DNA of 64,000 nt, from the NCBI GenBank assembly GCA_902542765.1, contig CACBVW010000004.1:351-64350 (forward strand), given 5' to 3'. The translations under genes were made by a program, and so were the position numbers. Shown here piece after piece: positions 41,301-51,226 of this stretch; within the stretch, counting starts at the first letter, position 1; each line of letters starts with the position of its first letter. The notes under the pieces are model-generated. The model worked only from the letters and a program-made list of their open reading frames with translations. It was not told where the DNA came from and made no database searches. The stretch is from an uncultured SAR116 cluster alpha proteobacterium (GTDB taxonomy: Bacteria; Pseudomonadota; Alphaproteobacteria; Puniceispirillales; Marisalimonadaceae).

Positions 41301-41779
41301 ATATTTTTTAAATATTTTAAACGCTCTTTTACTAATTTTAAGTTATTTAAAGAAGCTGGTTTTCCCAAAAATCCATTTTCAACACCTCCAGTTAGAAGTA
41401 AAAGTCCATCTCTATATTTTTCTAATTCAATTCCATCTATAAACTTTTCATAATTTTCATTACTCGAAAATGAATTAGTTAAAAAAAGTAAATTTTTATA
41501 ACCTTTTTCATTTTTAGCTAGTAAAACAACTTCTCCAGTATCTTTATCATCTTTTCCATTTTGACTAATATTCATTTGAATTCCAATTATAGGTTGGATA
41601 CCATAGGAAGTCATTTTTAGAGAAAATTCTAAAGCTCCAAAAAGATTATTTGTATCAGTAATTGCTATTGCTGGTTGGTTGTTTTCAATACAAAACTTTG
41701 ATAAATCCTCGAAGGATAACATTCCTTCAGCAAGAGAAAAATTTGAGTGTAATCGTAAGTGAATAAATAAATTTTTCAT
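38354..41779 (-). CDS. dnaE: DNA polymerase III alpha subunit
   Basis: PHP domain, GPGRGS.AGS, FERFLNPER.SMPDFDIDF, KFDFLGL, YGFNKSH; no intein-sized insertion. Confidence 0.98.
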   Translation of the reverse strand: MKNLFIHLRLHSNFSLAEGMLSFEDLSKFCIENNQPAIAITDTNNLFGALEFSLKMTSYGIQPIIGIQMNISQNGKDDKDTGEVVLLAKNEKGYKNLLFLTNSFSSNENYEKFIDGIELEKYRDGLLLLTGGVENGFLGKPASLNNLKLVKERLKYLKNIFNDNLYVELQRHGIKSQLIAEKNLIDLAYEYDVPLVATNDCFFQNEDKFEAHQVLTCIDKGLTISSDNRRMLTKEHYLKDPKKMISLFKDIPEAIENTIVIAKRCSFFLKEINPILPKYPGLENISEADYLLKISFKGLVERFNLSTTKFTDDEKINYKNRLDKELKIINEMGFAGYFLIVYDFIKWAKENDIPVGPGRGSGAGSIVAWSLSITDLDPIRWGLLFERFLNPERISMPDFDIDFCQDRREEVIDYVRNRYGKDKVAQIITFGSLQAKAAIRDVGRVLEMPYGQVDKIAKLIPFVPSKPITIQEAIDTNDVLKNEIVKNEQVQNLIETATNVEGLNRHVSTHAAGLVIGDKPLYELLPLYKFNEDEIPATQFNMKFVEKAGLVKFDFLGLKTLTFLSKAEALIRLKDKNFDLSKISLNDKKTYEMLSTGSTTGIFQLESAGMKDVLIGLKPDRFEDIIAVVSLYRPGPMENIPSYINRKHGKENIVYMHPNLETILEETHGIFIYQEQVLRAAQILADFSLGKADILRRAMGKKDKEEMAEQKKFFLNGTKKRGISVEKANEIFDQIAAFAGYGFNKSHAAAYALIAYQTAWVKTNYIHEFFVSMMTVENNNTEKLSLFVEDAKKLGLKILQPCINKSSYEFLIEDISSSEFGIRYSLSSIKNVGTEAIKKVVQIRDKDGEFKNIDDFLNRVPYGLITKKSFENLIKSGAFDIIEANRNKLCISIDLMLNYSHSIEKEKVSQQSNLFNNNDSNRLLLNLQDSTEWSFQQSINNEFLSLGLYLSAHPLDSYSNILIKMNVIRSIEILKEPEKYIKQNLKLCGQISKIQKRQSPRGRWVSIQLNDLSGSLEINIFSDVLMKYEDYLIEKNLILIDAEIKNENNQTSRINAKRIHLLNDYISDKKYNITLFTNTNKHLDKLVPLLKILEVGHSDILINTSNKEQQVEIKIKENIKLSSKFINDLSKISGIDRFKFS

Positions 41780-41800
41780 TTTTAAAATTTAATTTTAAAA

Positions 41801-42496
41801 TTATTCATCGAAAACAGAACCATTTTTTAAAACTATTTTTCTGTCCATTAGTTTTGCTAAATCACTATTATGTGTAGCAAAAATACAACCTATGTCTAAT
41901 GACTTAACTAATTCGTATAAAATTTCAAATACGTTTTTAGCACTAATAGCATCCAAATTTCCTGTAGGTTCGTCAGCTAAGATTAAATTAGGAGAATTAG
42001 ACAATGCTCTTGCAATAGCAACTCTTTGAGCCTCTCCACCAGACAATTTTGCAGGTCTAAATTCAAGTCTGTTCTTCAAACCAAGAGCTAATAATATTTC
42101 TTTAGATTTTTTTTCTGCTTCAATTTTAGATTTCCCCATAATCAGTTGTGGTAACATAACATTCTCTAAAGCAGAAAATTCTTGAAAAAGACGATGTGAC
42201 TGAAAGATAAATCCAATCTCAGCCCCTCTTATATATGTTTTACTGTCTTCACTTAATTTTGTACAATCACAGCCACTTAAACTAATTGATCCAAATGTGG
42301 GTTTTTCGAGCAAACCTGCGATATTTAATAAAGTTGATTTTCCAGTTCCACTAGGTCCAATTAATGAAATCATTTCACCTTTCAAAACTCTAATATTTAT
42401 GTCATTTAAAACTCTAATCTTTTGTGAATCTTGGTTATAAATATGAGAAATATTCTTTAAAATTAATAAATCTTTATTATCTAAAACACTATTCAT
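41801..42496 (-). CDS. lolD: lipoprotein-releasing ABC transporter ATPase
   Basis: GPSGTGKST, GFIFQ.H.L, LSGGE.QR, ADEPTGNLD. Confidence 0.93.
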   Translation of the reverse strand: MNSVLDNKDLLILKNISHIYNQDSQKIRVLNDINIRVLKGEMISLIGPSGTGKSTLLNIAGLLEKPTFGSISLSGCDCTKLSEDSKTYIRGAEIGFIFQSHRLFQEFSALENVMLPQLIMGKSKIEAEKKSKEILLALGLKNRLEFRPAKLSGGEAQRVAIARALSNSPNLILADEPTGNLDAISAKNVFEILYELVKSLDIGCIFATHNSDLAKLMDRKIVLKNGSVFDE

Positions 42497-43757
42497 ATCG
42501 CAATGCCTCCGCTGGAGATATTTTTGATGCTTTCCAAGCAGGAAACATGCTTGCTATTAAAGTTAGGGTAATAGATAATCCCATAACAATTAAAACTTCA
42601 TTAAAATTAATATTTGAAGGTAAAGTAGATAAAAAATAAATCTGAGGAGAGAATAATTCTTGTCCAAAAAGAGATGATACAAAATTTCTGATTGTTTCAA
42701 TATTTATAGATACAATAGTGCCTAAAATTGCTCCTATAATTGTACCTATAATACCTATAATAGAACCTGTTAATATAAAAATTCTTATTATAAAATGTTT
42801 AGAAGCACCCATTGTTCTCATAAGAGCTATATCTGACTTTTTTGTTTGAACTAGCATTATCATGGATGATATTATATTGAACGTTGCCACAAGAATTATT
42901 AACGTCAATATCACAAACATTACGTTTTTTTCTACATCAAGAGCATTCATAAAAGATGAGTTTCTTTTTTTCCAATCAATTATTGTCAAATTTTCATCTA
43001 ATTTAGAAATTAAATCATCATAAACATTTTGAGTTGTTTTGGAATTTTTTAAAAAAATTTCAATGCCATGAGCAATTTTATTTATTGATAGAAATTTTTC
43101 AGCTTTTTCCCATGGTATAAAAATAAAGTTATTGTCATATTCATACATACCAACATCAAAAAAACCACCAACCATAAAGTTTTGCTTGATTGGCAATACA
43201 CCAATTGCAGTCTCCATAACATTCGGAGAAATAAGCGATATATAATCACCTACTCTCAAATTTAATCTTTGAGCAAGCCTATATCCTAATATTATATTTT
43301 GTTTTATTTTAAAATTATCAATAGCTGTGTTATCAAGAGACTTCCATAGTAATTTTTTAGCAGGTAAATCTGACCATTTTGTACCTCTAATAATAATCCC
43401 TGAGATAGAGTTCCTAGTTTTGGCAAGAGCTTGCCCTTCCAAATACGGTGTGACAGCAACAACATTTTGTGTGTCTGAAATTTGACTAACTATTTTATTA
43501 TAATTTTCAATTGATAATCCATTTTTTTTATAAACGATTAAATGACCATTTATTCCTAATATTCTGTCAACTAATTCCGTTCGAAAACCATTCATCACGG
43601 ACATTACTACAATTAAAGTGGCTACACCTAAAACAATGCCAATAAGAGAAAACCAGGCTGAAACTGAGATAAAACCCTCAACTCGCCTAGATTTAATATA
43701 CCTTAAGGCAATAGTTCTTTCGGTTTCATTAAAAATAAAATTTCTCATGGGCTTCAT
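42489..43757 (-). CDS. lolC: lipoprotein-releasing ABC transporter permease (LolC/E family)
   Basis: GVATLIVVMSVMNGF, FNIISS..M.V..K..DIA.MRT.GA, PAEALRYE. Confidence 0.92.
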   Translation of the reverse strand: MKPMRNFIFNETERTIALRYIKSRRVEGFISVSAWFSLIGIVLGVATLIVVMSVMNGFRTELVDRILGINGHLIVYKKNGLSIENYNKIVSQISDTQNVVAVTPYLEGQALAKTRNSISGIIIRGTKWSDLPAKKLLWKSLDNTAIDNFKIKQNIILGYRLAQRLNLRVGDYISLISPNVMETAIGVLPIKQNFMVGGFFDVGMYEYDNNFIFIPWEKAEKFLSINKIAHGIEIFLKNSKTTQNVYDDLISKLDENLTIIDWKKRNSSFMNALDVEKNVMFVILTLIILVATFNIISSMIMLVQTKKSDIALMRTMGASKHFIIRIFILTGSIIGIIGTIIGAILGTIVSINIETIRNFVSSLFGQELFSPQIYFLSTLPSNINFNEVLIVMGLSITLTLIASMFPAWKASKISPAEALRYE

Positions 43758-45073
43758 TGATTAGTTTGAACAAAATTCAGTAGTTCATCGCAAGATAATC
43801 TGGAGATATCTCCACTTTTCCTACACTTTAAATCATATAATTGATCTTTTATTCCCTTCGGTCCAATTATAATTTGATATGGCAAACCAATTAAATCTGC
43901 TCTAGCGAGTTTGGTGCCAGCCCTTTCATCAGTATCATCATACAATACTTTTATTTCATTATTATTCATAGCATTATAAATTTCTGAACAAATTTTATCA
44001 CAATCAATATCACCACATTTTAAATTAATTATGTTATAATCCCAAGGGGTTACTTCTTTGGGCCAAATTATACCCTTCTGATCATGATTTGCTTCAATAA
44101 CAGCGCCGACCAACCTAGATAGACCCACACCATATGAGCCCATGAAAACTGGAATATTCTCTCCCACCCTATCTGATATGGTAGCTTTCATGGGCAAAGA
44201 ATATTTTTGTCCAAAATGAAAAATATGACCTACCTCAATACCTCTAGTTTTAATTAAGGTATTATTTTTATTATCAAAATTACTTGCATCGTGCTTTTCT
44301 TCTGTAGCAGCATATAGAGAGGTAAATTTATTTACTTCTTCTTGAAGATTGTCATTATAATTAATGTTCAAAAGTGAACCTTCAATATTTAATAATTGTT
44401 TATCTACGTAAACTTCACTTTCACCAGTATCAGCTAAAATAATAAATTCATGACTTAAATCTCCTCCAATTGGGCCAGTATCAGCTTTCATTGGTATTGC
44501 TTTTAAACCCATTTTTTTAAATAACTGCATATAAGCTATGAACATTATATTGTATGATTTAATAGAATTTTTGTAGTCAAAATCAAATGAATATGCGTCT
44601 TTCATTAAAAATTCTCTTCCTCTCATAACACCAAATCTTGGTCTTAGCTCATCTCTAAATTTCCATTGAATGTGAAAAAGGTTTAATGGTAATTCTTTAT
44701 AACTATTTACGTGAGTTCTAAATATTTCTGTTACTAGCTCTTCATTAGTTGGCCCATATAATAAATTTCTATTATTTCTGTCTTTAATACGAAGCATTTC
44801 TTTACCATAATCATCGTATCTTCCAGATTCTTCCCAGATCTCAGCAGATTGAACTGTAGGCATTAAAATCTCATTAGCACCTGCTTTTATCATTTCTTGT
44901 CTACAAATTTCTGTGATTTTTTCTAAAACAATTTTACCAAGGGGTAACCATGAATAAATTCCAGAAGCTGACTGTTGTATCATGCCAGCTCTAAGCATAT
45001 AAATATGTGATATAATTTCAGCTTCTTTTGGATTTTCCTTTAAAACAGGAAGAAAAAATCTTGTTAATAACAT
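43754..45073 (-). CDS. proS: proline--tRNA ligase (short form, no INS editing domain)
   Basis: GPTNEE, KFRDE.RPRFG.MR.REF.MKD, GIEVGHIF; 439 aa. Confidence 0.97.
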   Translation of the reverse strand: MLLTRFFLPVLKENPKEAEIISHIYMLRAGMIQQSASGIYSWLPLGKIVLEKITEICRQEMIKAGANEILMPTVQSAEIWEESGRYDDYGKEMLRIKDRNNRNLLYGPTNEELVTEIFRTHVNSYKELPLNLFHIQWKFRDELRPRFGVMRGREFLMKDAYSFDFDYKNSIKSYNIMFIAYMQLFKKMGLKAIPMKADTGPIGGDLSHEFIILADTGESEVYVDKQLLNIEGSLLNINYNDNLQEEVNKFTSLYAATEEKHDASNFDNKNNTLIKTRGIEVGHIFHFGQKYSLPMKATISDRVGENIPVFMGSYGVGLSRLVGAVIEANHDQKGIIWPKEVTPWDYNIINLKCGDIDCDKICSEIYNAMNNNEIKVLYDDTDERAGTKLARADLIGLPYQIIIGPKGIKDQLYDLKCRKSGDISRLSCDELLNFVQTNQ

Positions 45074-45184
45074 TTTATTTGTTTTCCTAATAGGTTTATA
45101 TCTAAAATTAAATTAAAACTAATTTGATTGATAGTTTATACCAGTATAAATTACAACTTATGTAATTATTAACAGGACATCAAC

Positions 45185-46213
45185 ATGAAACAATGGTCAA
45201 ATAAACAATTTTCTATAGATAGTTTTCCAAGAATAAGAATGAGAAGAAATCGTTTATCAGAATTTTCTAGAAGACTTATGTCTGAAAATAATTTGTCAGT
45301 TAATGACTTAATTTATCCAATTTTTATTACTTATGGATCAAACATTAAAGAAGAAATAAGTTCCATGCCTGGAATTTATAGATATTCTTTAGATTTACTT
45401 CACAAAGAAATTGAATATATTTCTTCTTTAAATATTCCTGCAATTGCATTATTTCCAAAAATTGAAAATGAATTAAAAACACCTGATGGAAAAGAAGCCC
45501 TAAATAAAAATAATTTAATATGCAAAGCTATTAAGATTTCAAAAAAAGTTAACCCAGATCTAGGTGTTATAACTGATGTTGCACTAGATCCTTATACAGA
45601 TCATGGCCATGATGGTATAATAAAAGAAGATCAAATTGATAATGACTTAACACTAGATATTCTATGCAAACAGGCTATTGTGCAGGCAGAAGCTGGATGT
45701 GATATTATAGCGCCTAGTGATATGATGGATGGAAGAGTTGGAGCAATTAGAGATACTTTAGATGAACATGGACTTATTAATGTTCAAATAATGTCATATG
45801 CTGCTAAATATGCATCATCATTTTATGGTCCTTTTAGAGATGCCGTAGGTTCAGCAGTCAATTTATCAAATAAATCAAAAAAAAGTTATCAAATGGACCC
45901 AGCAAATTCAGCAGAAGCATTAAGAGAAATTAGACTTGATATTAATGAAGGTGCAGACATGATAATAATTAAACCAGGAATGCCTTATTTAGATATTATT
46001 AGTAAAGCAAAAACTGAGTTAAGTTTTCCTGTTATTGCCTATCAAGTATCTGGAGAGTATTCAATGATAAAAGGTGCAATTCAAAATGGCTGGTTCGACG
46101 AAGAAAAAATTATATTTGAAACCATGATGTGTTTTAAAAGAGCTGGCTGTGATGGAATAATAACTTATTTTGCTCCATTAGTTGCAAAAATATTAATTAA
46201 TAAAACCTTATAA
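45185..46213 (+). CDS. hemB: porphobilinogen synthase (Asp-rich, non-Zn type)
   Basis: DVALDPYT.HGHDG, APSDMMDGR, FYGPFRDA, YQVSGEY. Confidence 0.97.
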   Translation: MKQWSNKQFSIDSFPRIRMRRNRLSEFSRRLMSENNLSVNDLIYPIFITYGSNIKEEISSMPGIYRYSLDLLHKEIEYISSLNIPAIALFPKIENELKTPDGKEALNKNNLICKAIKISKKVNPDLGVITDVALDPYTDHGHDGIIKEDQIDNDLTLDILCKQAIVQAEAGCDIIAPSDMMDGRVGAIRDTLDEHGLINVQIMSYAAKYASSFYGPFRDAVGSAVNLSNKSKKSYQMDPANSAEALREIRLDINEGADMIIIKPGMPYLDIISKAKTELSFPVIAYQVSGEYSMIKGAIQNGWFDEEKIIFETMMCFKRAGCDGIITYFAPLVAKILINKTL

Positions 46214-46242
46214 AAATTAGCAAACAAGTCGTATTTGAAATT

Positions 46243-46962
46243 ATGATTGATATAAAACCTAAAAACGTTCTAGAGCAACCTATTTACATGCTTACAAAAG
46301 CAACTTCATGTCCATATTTAATTGGAAAAGTTGAAAAAAGAATAGCTACAGATATCTCTTACAATAAAAATATATATGAAGAGCTTTCTATAAATGGTTT
46401 TAGAAGAGTTGAAAATTGGATGTACAGACCAGTATGTGACAATTGTAGCGCCTGTAAATCTTATAGAGTAGACATACAAAATTTTAAAATAACAAAAAGC
46501 TTAAAAAGAATTTCCAAAAATTTTGAAAATTTTAGTTTTAATTTAGTTAAGAACATCTCAACTAAAGAACATTTTGATCTTTTTAAAAAATATCAATTAG
46601 AAAGACACCCTGGTGGATCTATGTCAGATATGGATGAAGATGAATTTACTTCAATGATAGAAACATCACCAATAAAAACTTCACTTTTAGAATTTAGAGA
46701 TAAATCTAAAAATTTAACAGGGGTTATTCTTTTAGATATTGATAAAAAAAACTTATCAGCTGTATATAGTTTTTTTGATCCAGAATTTAATAAATTTGGT
46801 TTAGGAAATTATATGATTATGCAATGCTTGTTATATGGGAAGAGTAAAAAATATGAGTTTTTGTACCTTGGTTATTATATTGAAGAGTTAACAAGTATGT
46901 CATACAAATCCAGGTTTAAGCCAGGACAAATATTAAAGAATAATGATTGGGAAAATTTTTAA
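46243..46962 (+). CDS. ATE1-like aminoacyl-tRNA-protein transferase (Bpt / putative arginyltransferase)
   Basis: CPYL, GFRR, YRP.C..C.AC, SAVYSFFDP, YLGY.I...M.YK..F.P. Confidence 0.9.
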   Translation: MIDIKPKNVLEQPIYMLTKATSCPYLIGKVEKRIATDISYNKNIYEELSINGFRRVENWMYRPVCDNCSACKSYRVDIQNFKITKSLKRISKNFENFSFNLVKNISTKEHFDLFKKYQLERHPGGSMSDMDEDEFTSMIETSPIKTSLLEFRDKSKNLTGVILLDIDKKNLSAVYSFFDPEFNKFGLGNYMIMQCLLYGKSKKYEFLYLGYYIEELTSMSYKSRFKPGQILKNNDWENF

Positions 46963-46964
46963 CT

Positions 46965-48557
46965 TTATCCTCCAATAGCTGATCCATCGCTCCTTAAATC
47001 ATACCCTCCTTCTTTCAGACCATTGGGATAACACACTAAAGCACCTGCATGACCCATAATTTCTTCAAATGCTCCTACCTTTTCAACAATATGACCCATA
47101 GATTTTAATTTATCAATAGTATCAGTAGAAAAACGCTCTTCAATTTTTAATGAAGTCGTTTCCTCACCCCATGTTTTGCCTAAGAGCCATCTTGGTTCGT
47201 TAACTGCATTCTGTAGGTTTAAATTTTGAACATTATATCTATAAAATATTGTAGCTTGTGTCTGTGGTTGCCCTTCTCCACCCATAGTCCCGTATGACAT
47301 TACCCTACCATCATCGAAATGAGCTAATGCTGGTTGAATTGTGTGAAATGGTTTTCTACCAGGTAATAAATGATTATGATTTTTTAGATCAAGAGAAAAG
47401 CTTATCCCTCTATTTTGCATTGTTATACCAGTATTAGGTAAAACTAAACCTGATCCAAACTCCCAATAAATACTTTGTATAAAACTTATAGTATTTCCAT
47501 ATGTATCAGTGGCACCTAACCAAACTGTATCACCGCCTGGAGAAGACGCAGGCCAAGGTGTAGCTTTTTCAAAATTAATTTCCTCAGCTAATTTTTTAAT
47601 AAAATCTTTTGTTAAAAATTCACTAACATGAAAGCTCATATATCTCGGATCAGAAATATATTCGTCTCTTATCTTAAAAACTGATTTTGTTATCTCAACA
47701 ATATTATGGATTAATTCAACATCATTTTTGCAAGTAATTGATAATTCATCTAGCAATCCTAAAATTAATATAGATGCTAATCCTTGAGTGGGTGGTGGTA
47801 AGTTAAATAATTTAGCATCTTTAATTTTTAATTCTAAGGGATCTACAAAAGTTGCTTTATAATTTTTAAAATCTTCTGAACTTAATGGAGATCCTAAATT
47901 ATTTAAATCAGAAATGATTTTACTAAAGACTTCACCTGCATAAAAGTCCTCTAACCCATTTTTTATAAGGCAGGAAAAAGTATTCGACAAATTTGGAATA
48001 ATTAATTTATCTCCAACATTTGGAATTTTTCCATTTTTTAAATAAACATCTTTGAAACCTACAAGATCAACAAGCTGATTTAATTTTGATTTTAAATTAT
48101 TTCTTAAAGTATTAGTAACAGCAATTCCTTCTTTAGCAGCTTGTTCAGCATCAAACAAAAGTCTACTTATTGGAATTTTACCTCCTAAATTTTTAACACT
48201 AAAATCATATGCAAGTTTCCAACCTGCTACAGCGCCTGGAACAGTTAAAGCCGACAGTGGTCCTCGTGATGGAATAGTGTTAAAACCTAGTTTTTTATAA
48301 AAGTCTATATTTATATTATTAGATGCTGGTCCACAGGAATCAATTGCATGAACATTTTTGTTTTTGTCAGAAATTAACCAGAAATTATCACCACCCATAG
48401 AATTCATATGAGGATATACAACTGATATCATTGCAGCAGAAGCAATCATAGCTTCAACAACATTACCACCTTCCTTTAATATATCAGATCCAGTTTTTGT
48501 TGCTAAATGATGAGGAGCAATCATCATATAGTTATAAGAAAGTTTTGAAGAAAGCAT
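46965..48557 (-). CDS. gamma-glutamyltranspeptidase-family Ntn hydrolase, HpxW (oxamate amidohydrolase)-like; alternative TTG start 48572
   Basis: APHHLA, VVYPHMN..GGD.FWL, PPPTQG, GDTVWLG (catalytic Thr), SFIQSIY.EFGSG, MGGEGQPQTQ, PRWLLG.TWG, MGHAGA. Confidence 0.88.
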   Translation of the reverse strand: MLSSKLSYNYMMIAPHHLATKTGSDILKEGGNVVEAMIASAAMISVVYPHMNSMGGDNFWLISDKNKNVHAIDSCGPASNNINIDFYKKLGFNTIPSRGPLSALTVPGAVAGWKLAYDFSVKNLGGKIPISRLLFDAEQAAKEGIAVTNTLRNNLKSKLNQLVDLVGFKDVYLKNGKIPNVGDKLIIPNLSNTFSCLIKNGLEDFYAGEVFSKIISDLNNLGSPLSSEDFKNYKATFVDPLELKIKDAKLFNLPPPTQGLASILILGLLDELSITCKNDVELIHNIVEITKSVFKIRDEYISDPRYMSFHVSEFLTKDFIKKLAEEINFEKATPWPASSPGGDTVWLGATDTYGNTISFIQSIYWEFGSGLVLPNTGITMQNRGISFSLDLKNHNHLLPGRKPFHTIQPALAHFDDGRVMSYGTMGGEGQPQTQATIFYRYNVQNLNLQNAVNEPRWLLGKTWGEETTSLKIEERFSTDTIDKLKSMGHIVEKVGAFEEIMGHAGALVCYPNGLKEGGYDLRSDGSAIGG

Positions 48558-48568
48558 ACTAATGCCTA

Positions 48569-51223
48569 TCAAAAATATAAGGACAAATCACGGTGATCAG
48601 ATTTACAGCCTGCTAAAAACAAAGCAATATCTTTAGGAATTTTTTGCTGTTGTCTTAATCCTATTGTAAATTTTGTATTATTAAGAAATAATGATAAAGC
48701 GTCGATTACTTTATTATCAATTTTTTTAAGATCACTATATTTTTTTTCATACTCTGCGAAAGAAAGATTAAAATCTTTTACAACTTTTTTATAATTTACT
48801 TTTTTCTTCTTTAAATTTCTAGACACTTTTGAGAGTTTGGATATAATATTTGAATTATCGGGTAAACGTGAAACCTTTTTAGACAAAACTTTAATTTCTT
48901 TTGATAAAGATTTAGGCTCACTTATCTCTAATATATTGCTAAATTTTTTAAACTCATCTCTAAACATATAAAATTCATTTCTTGATAATAAAATGTAAAG
49001 CAGTGTTGTCATTTCGTCATACGAATTATCCATTGCTCTTCTATATTTAGTACGATTTAAATTTTCTTCTTTTATTAATTTCTGAAAATTTTTATAGGTA
49101 TCAGACCAATTTTTTGGAAAATCTCTTTTTTCAATTTGAATATCATTTTTAAGTTTTTCAATTTCTGATTTAAAAAATGAAATTCTTTGTTTATCATCAT
49201 TTTCAATTCTTGAAATGATTGTTTCATTATTTTTAATTAAAGATTCAAGTTCTCTAATATTTTTTTCTTTATTTCTTACTGTTTTTAATAATGGCAAATA
49301 ATTTATAGATTGATCTTGTATTTTAGCTTCAATTTCAAATGCTTTTTTTAAGTTCAATAAACCACTTTCAATTGAATTAATGGAGTTTGTAATTGTAGTG
49401 TAATATTTCTTAGGCATAGAGGACAAATCAGCTTTAGATAAATTTGTAACTGAGAGTTTTGTTAAACTATTAGAATTTAATACATTGTCTTTCATATATT
49501 TTTCTGTACACAATTGTAATTTTGGGTTCTTTGGAGGAGGAGATGTCTCTGAAAGAAAATTTAGTCTATTTGGTAAGTAATTAACTAAAAATGGGTATGA
49601 GCCAACAACTGCTAAAGCTATTAATTGTAAAGTTATAAATGGCACAACACCTTTATACATTTGGATAGTCTTAACTGCTTTTGAAGCAACACCTCTTAAA
49701 TAAAACAAAGCAAAACCAAAAGGAGGAGTTAAAAAAGAGGTCTGAATATTTAGACCAATCATTACCCCTAACCATACAGCTGTTATATTTGCTGAAGGAT
49801 CCGCAAGTAGAATAGGTGCGACAATTGGCACTACTACAACTGCAATTTCAATAAAATCTAGGAAAAAACCCAGTATAAAAATTACTATCATTACAATAAC
49901 AAATTTTGACCAAAAACCACCAGGCAGAGAATTTAAATATTCTTTTACAAGTTCTTCTCCTCCAAACGCTCTAAACGCGGCTGTAAGCATAGCAGCACCC
50001 AAAAGAATGATAAAAACTAAAGAAGTTGTTTTGGCTGTTTCCATCATTACACCTTGCATAGTATTATTTAGCTTAAATAGTCTCCAACTGCTCCATCCAA
50101 GGGCAAATAATAAAATAAAAGATCCTAAAACACCTATGAAAATACCTATTTTATCCTCAAACGTATTTATAAGTTTTACATTCATCGTATAATTGCCGAC
50201 TGCATATGCCAAAAGTAATATTGCAATTAAAACTAATATTGCTGGATACAAAGAGGATTTTTTTCCTTCTGTTTGCCTGTAACCAGCCATTATAATAGCA
50301 CCGGCCGCACCTATTGCGCCAGCCTGATTCACAGTGGCAATTCCAGTAATAATTGAGCCTAACACTAATATAATTAATGTTAATGGAGGTATTAATATCA
50401 ACATTACATTTAGCCAGAATTTTTTGTCCATTTTACCTTCATATGGAACTGAGGGGGCGCTTTTAGGTGAAACAAAAGCTAATAACAAAATAAAAAGCAT
50501 ATATATGCCTACAAGCAAAATACCTGGAAGAAAAGCACCTAAAAACATTTCTCCTGCGCTAGTGGATACAACATCAAATACTGACGGCATTGATATTTGT
50601 CCTGTTGCTTCTTTATAAAGAGCTTTTCTCATAGTACTAGCTTGATCCGAGGCTGTTGCAAGTTGATCAGCTAAAATAATTAAGACAATAGACGGAGGAA
50701 TGATTTGTCCTAAGGTTCCAGATGCAGCTATTGTTCCAGTAGCAAGAGGTGCAGAATATTTATTTCTAAGCATAGCTGGCAAAGATATTAATCCCATTGC
50801 TACGACGGTTGCACCAACAATTCCAGTTGTAGCAGCCAGTAATGCTCCAACAAAAACGACTGAAATTCCTAAACCACCACGAACAGGGCCAAAAAGTTGT
50901 GCCATGGTTACTAACAAATCTTCAGCAATTTTAGATCTTTGTAGCATTAAGCCCATAAAAATAAACAAAGGTATGGCTATTAATGTGTCTCTTTCAACCT
51001 CCCAATAAACACCTCTCAGGTTTGTTACTCCAGCAGACAACCACTCAGATGCCCCACCAGAATAAAAATATGCATCCGTGTTATTTTCAAATAAATATCC
51101 AAAAAGAGCAGCAACACCTATAGAAATTATAGCTGAACCAGGTAAAGCAAAAGCAACTGGGAAACCTGATCCAAGAGAAATGGCCATCAAAATTATTAAT
51201 AATACTAAAAATAAAAGTTCCAT
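48569..51223 (-). CDS. TRAP transporter large permease DctM with ~330-aa soluble C-terminal extension
   Basis: AIPLFIFMG, SGTLGQIIPPS, LGFFLDF.EI, QTSFLTPPFG; hydrophilic helical tail after YLP. Confidence 0.92.
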   Translation of the reverse strand: MELLFLVLLIILMAISLGSGFPVAFALPGSAIISIGVAALFGYLFENNTDAYFYSGGASEWLSAGVTNLRGVYWEVERDTLIAIPLFIFMGLMLQRSKIAEDLLVTMAQLFGPVRGGLGISVVFVGALLAATTGIVGATVVAMGLISLPAMLRNKYSAPLATGTIAASGTLGQIIPPSIVLIILADQLATASDQASTMRKALYKEATGQISMPSVFDVVSTSAGEMFLGAFLPGILLVGIYMLFILLLAFVSPKSAPSVPYEGKMDKKFWLNVMLILIPPLTLIILVLGSIITGIATVNQAGAIGAAGAIIMAGYRQTEGKKSSLYPAILVLIAILLLAYAVGNYTMNVKLINTFEDKIGIFIGVLGSFILLFALGWSSWRLFKLNNTMQGVMMETAKTTSLVFIILLGAAMLTAAFRAFGGEELVKEYLNSLPGGFWSKFVIVMIVIFILGFFLDFIEIAVVVVPIVAPILLADPSANITAVWLGVMIGLNIQTSFLTPPFGFALFYLRGVASKAVKTIQMYKGVVPFITLQLIALAVVGSYPFLVNYLPNRLNFLSETSPPPKNPKLQLCTEKYMKDNVLNSNSLTKLSVTNLSKADLSSMPKKYYTTITNSINSIESGLLNLKKAFEIEAKIQDQSINYLPLLKTVRNKEKNIRELESLIKNNETIISRIENDDKQRISFFKSEIEKLKNDIQIEKRDFPKNWSDTYKNFQKLIKEENLNRTKYRRAMDNSYDEMTTLLYILLSRNEFYMFRDEFKKFSNILEISEPKSLSKEIKVLSKKVSRLPDNSNIISKLSKVSRNLKKKKVNYKKVVKDFNLSFAEYEKKYSDLKKIDNKVIDALSLFLNNTKFTIGLRQQQKIPKDIALFLAGCKSDHRDLSLYF

Positions 51224-51226
51224 TTA

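Noticed and set aside
38354-41779. Intein or split dnaE
   Set aside because: Normal length (1141 aa) and contiguous motifs
46965-48572. Ordinary glutathione-degrading GGT
   Set aside because: No signal peptide and no TTH / LSSM motifs; GDTVW pattern fits the HpxW-like subfamily
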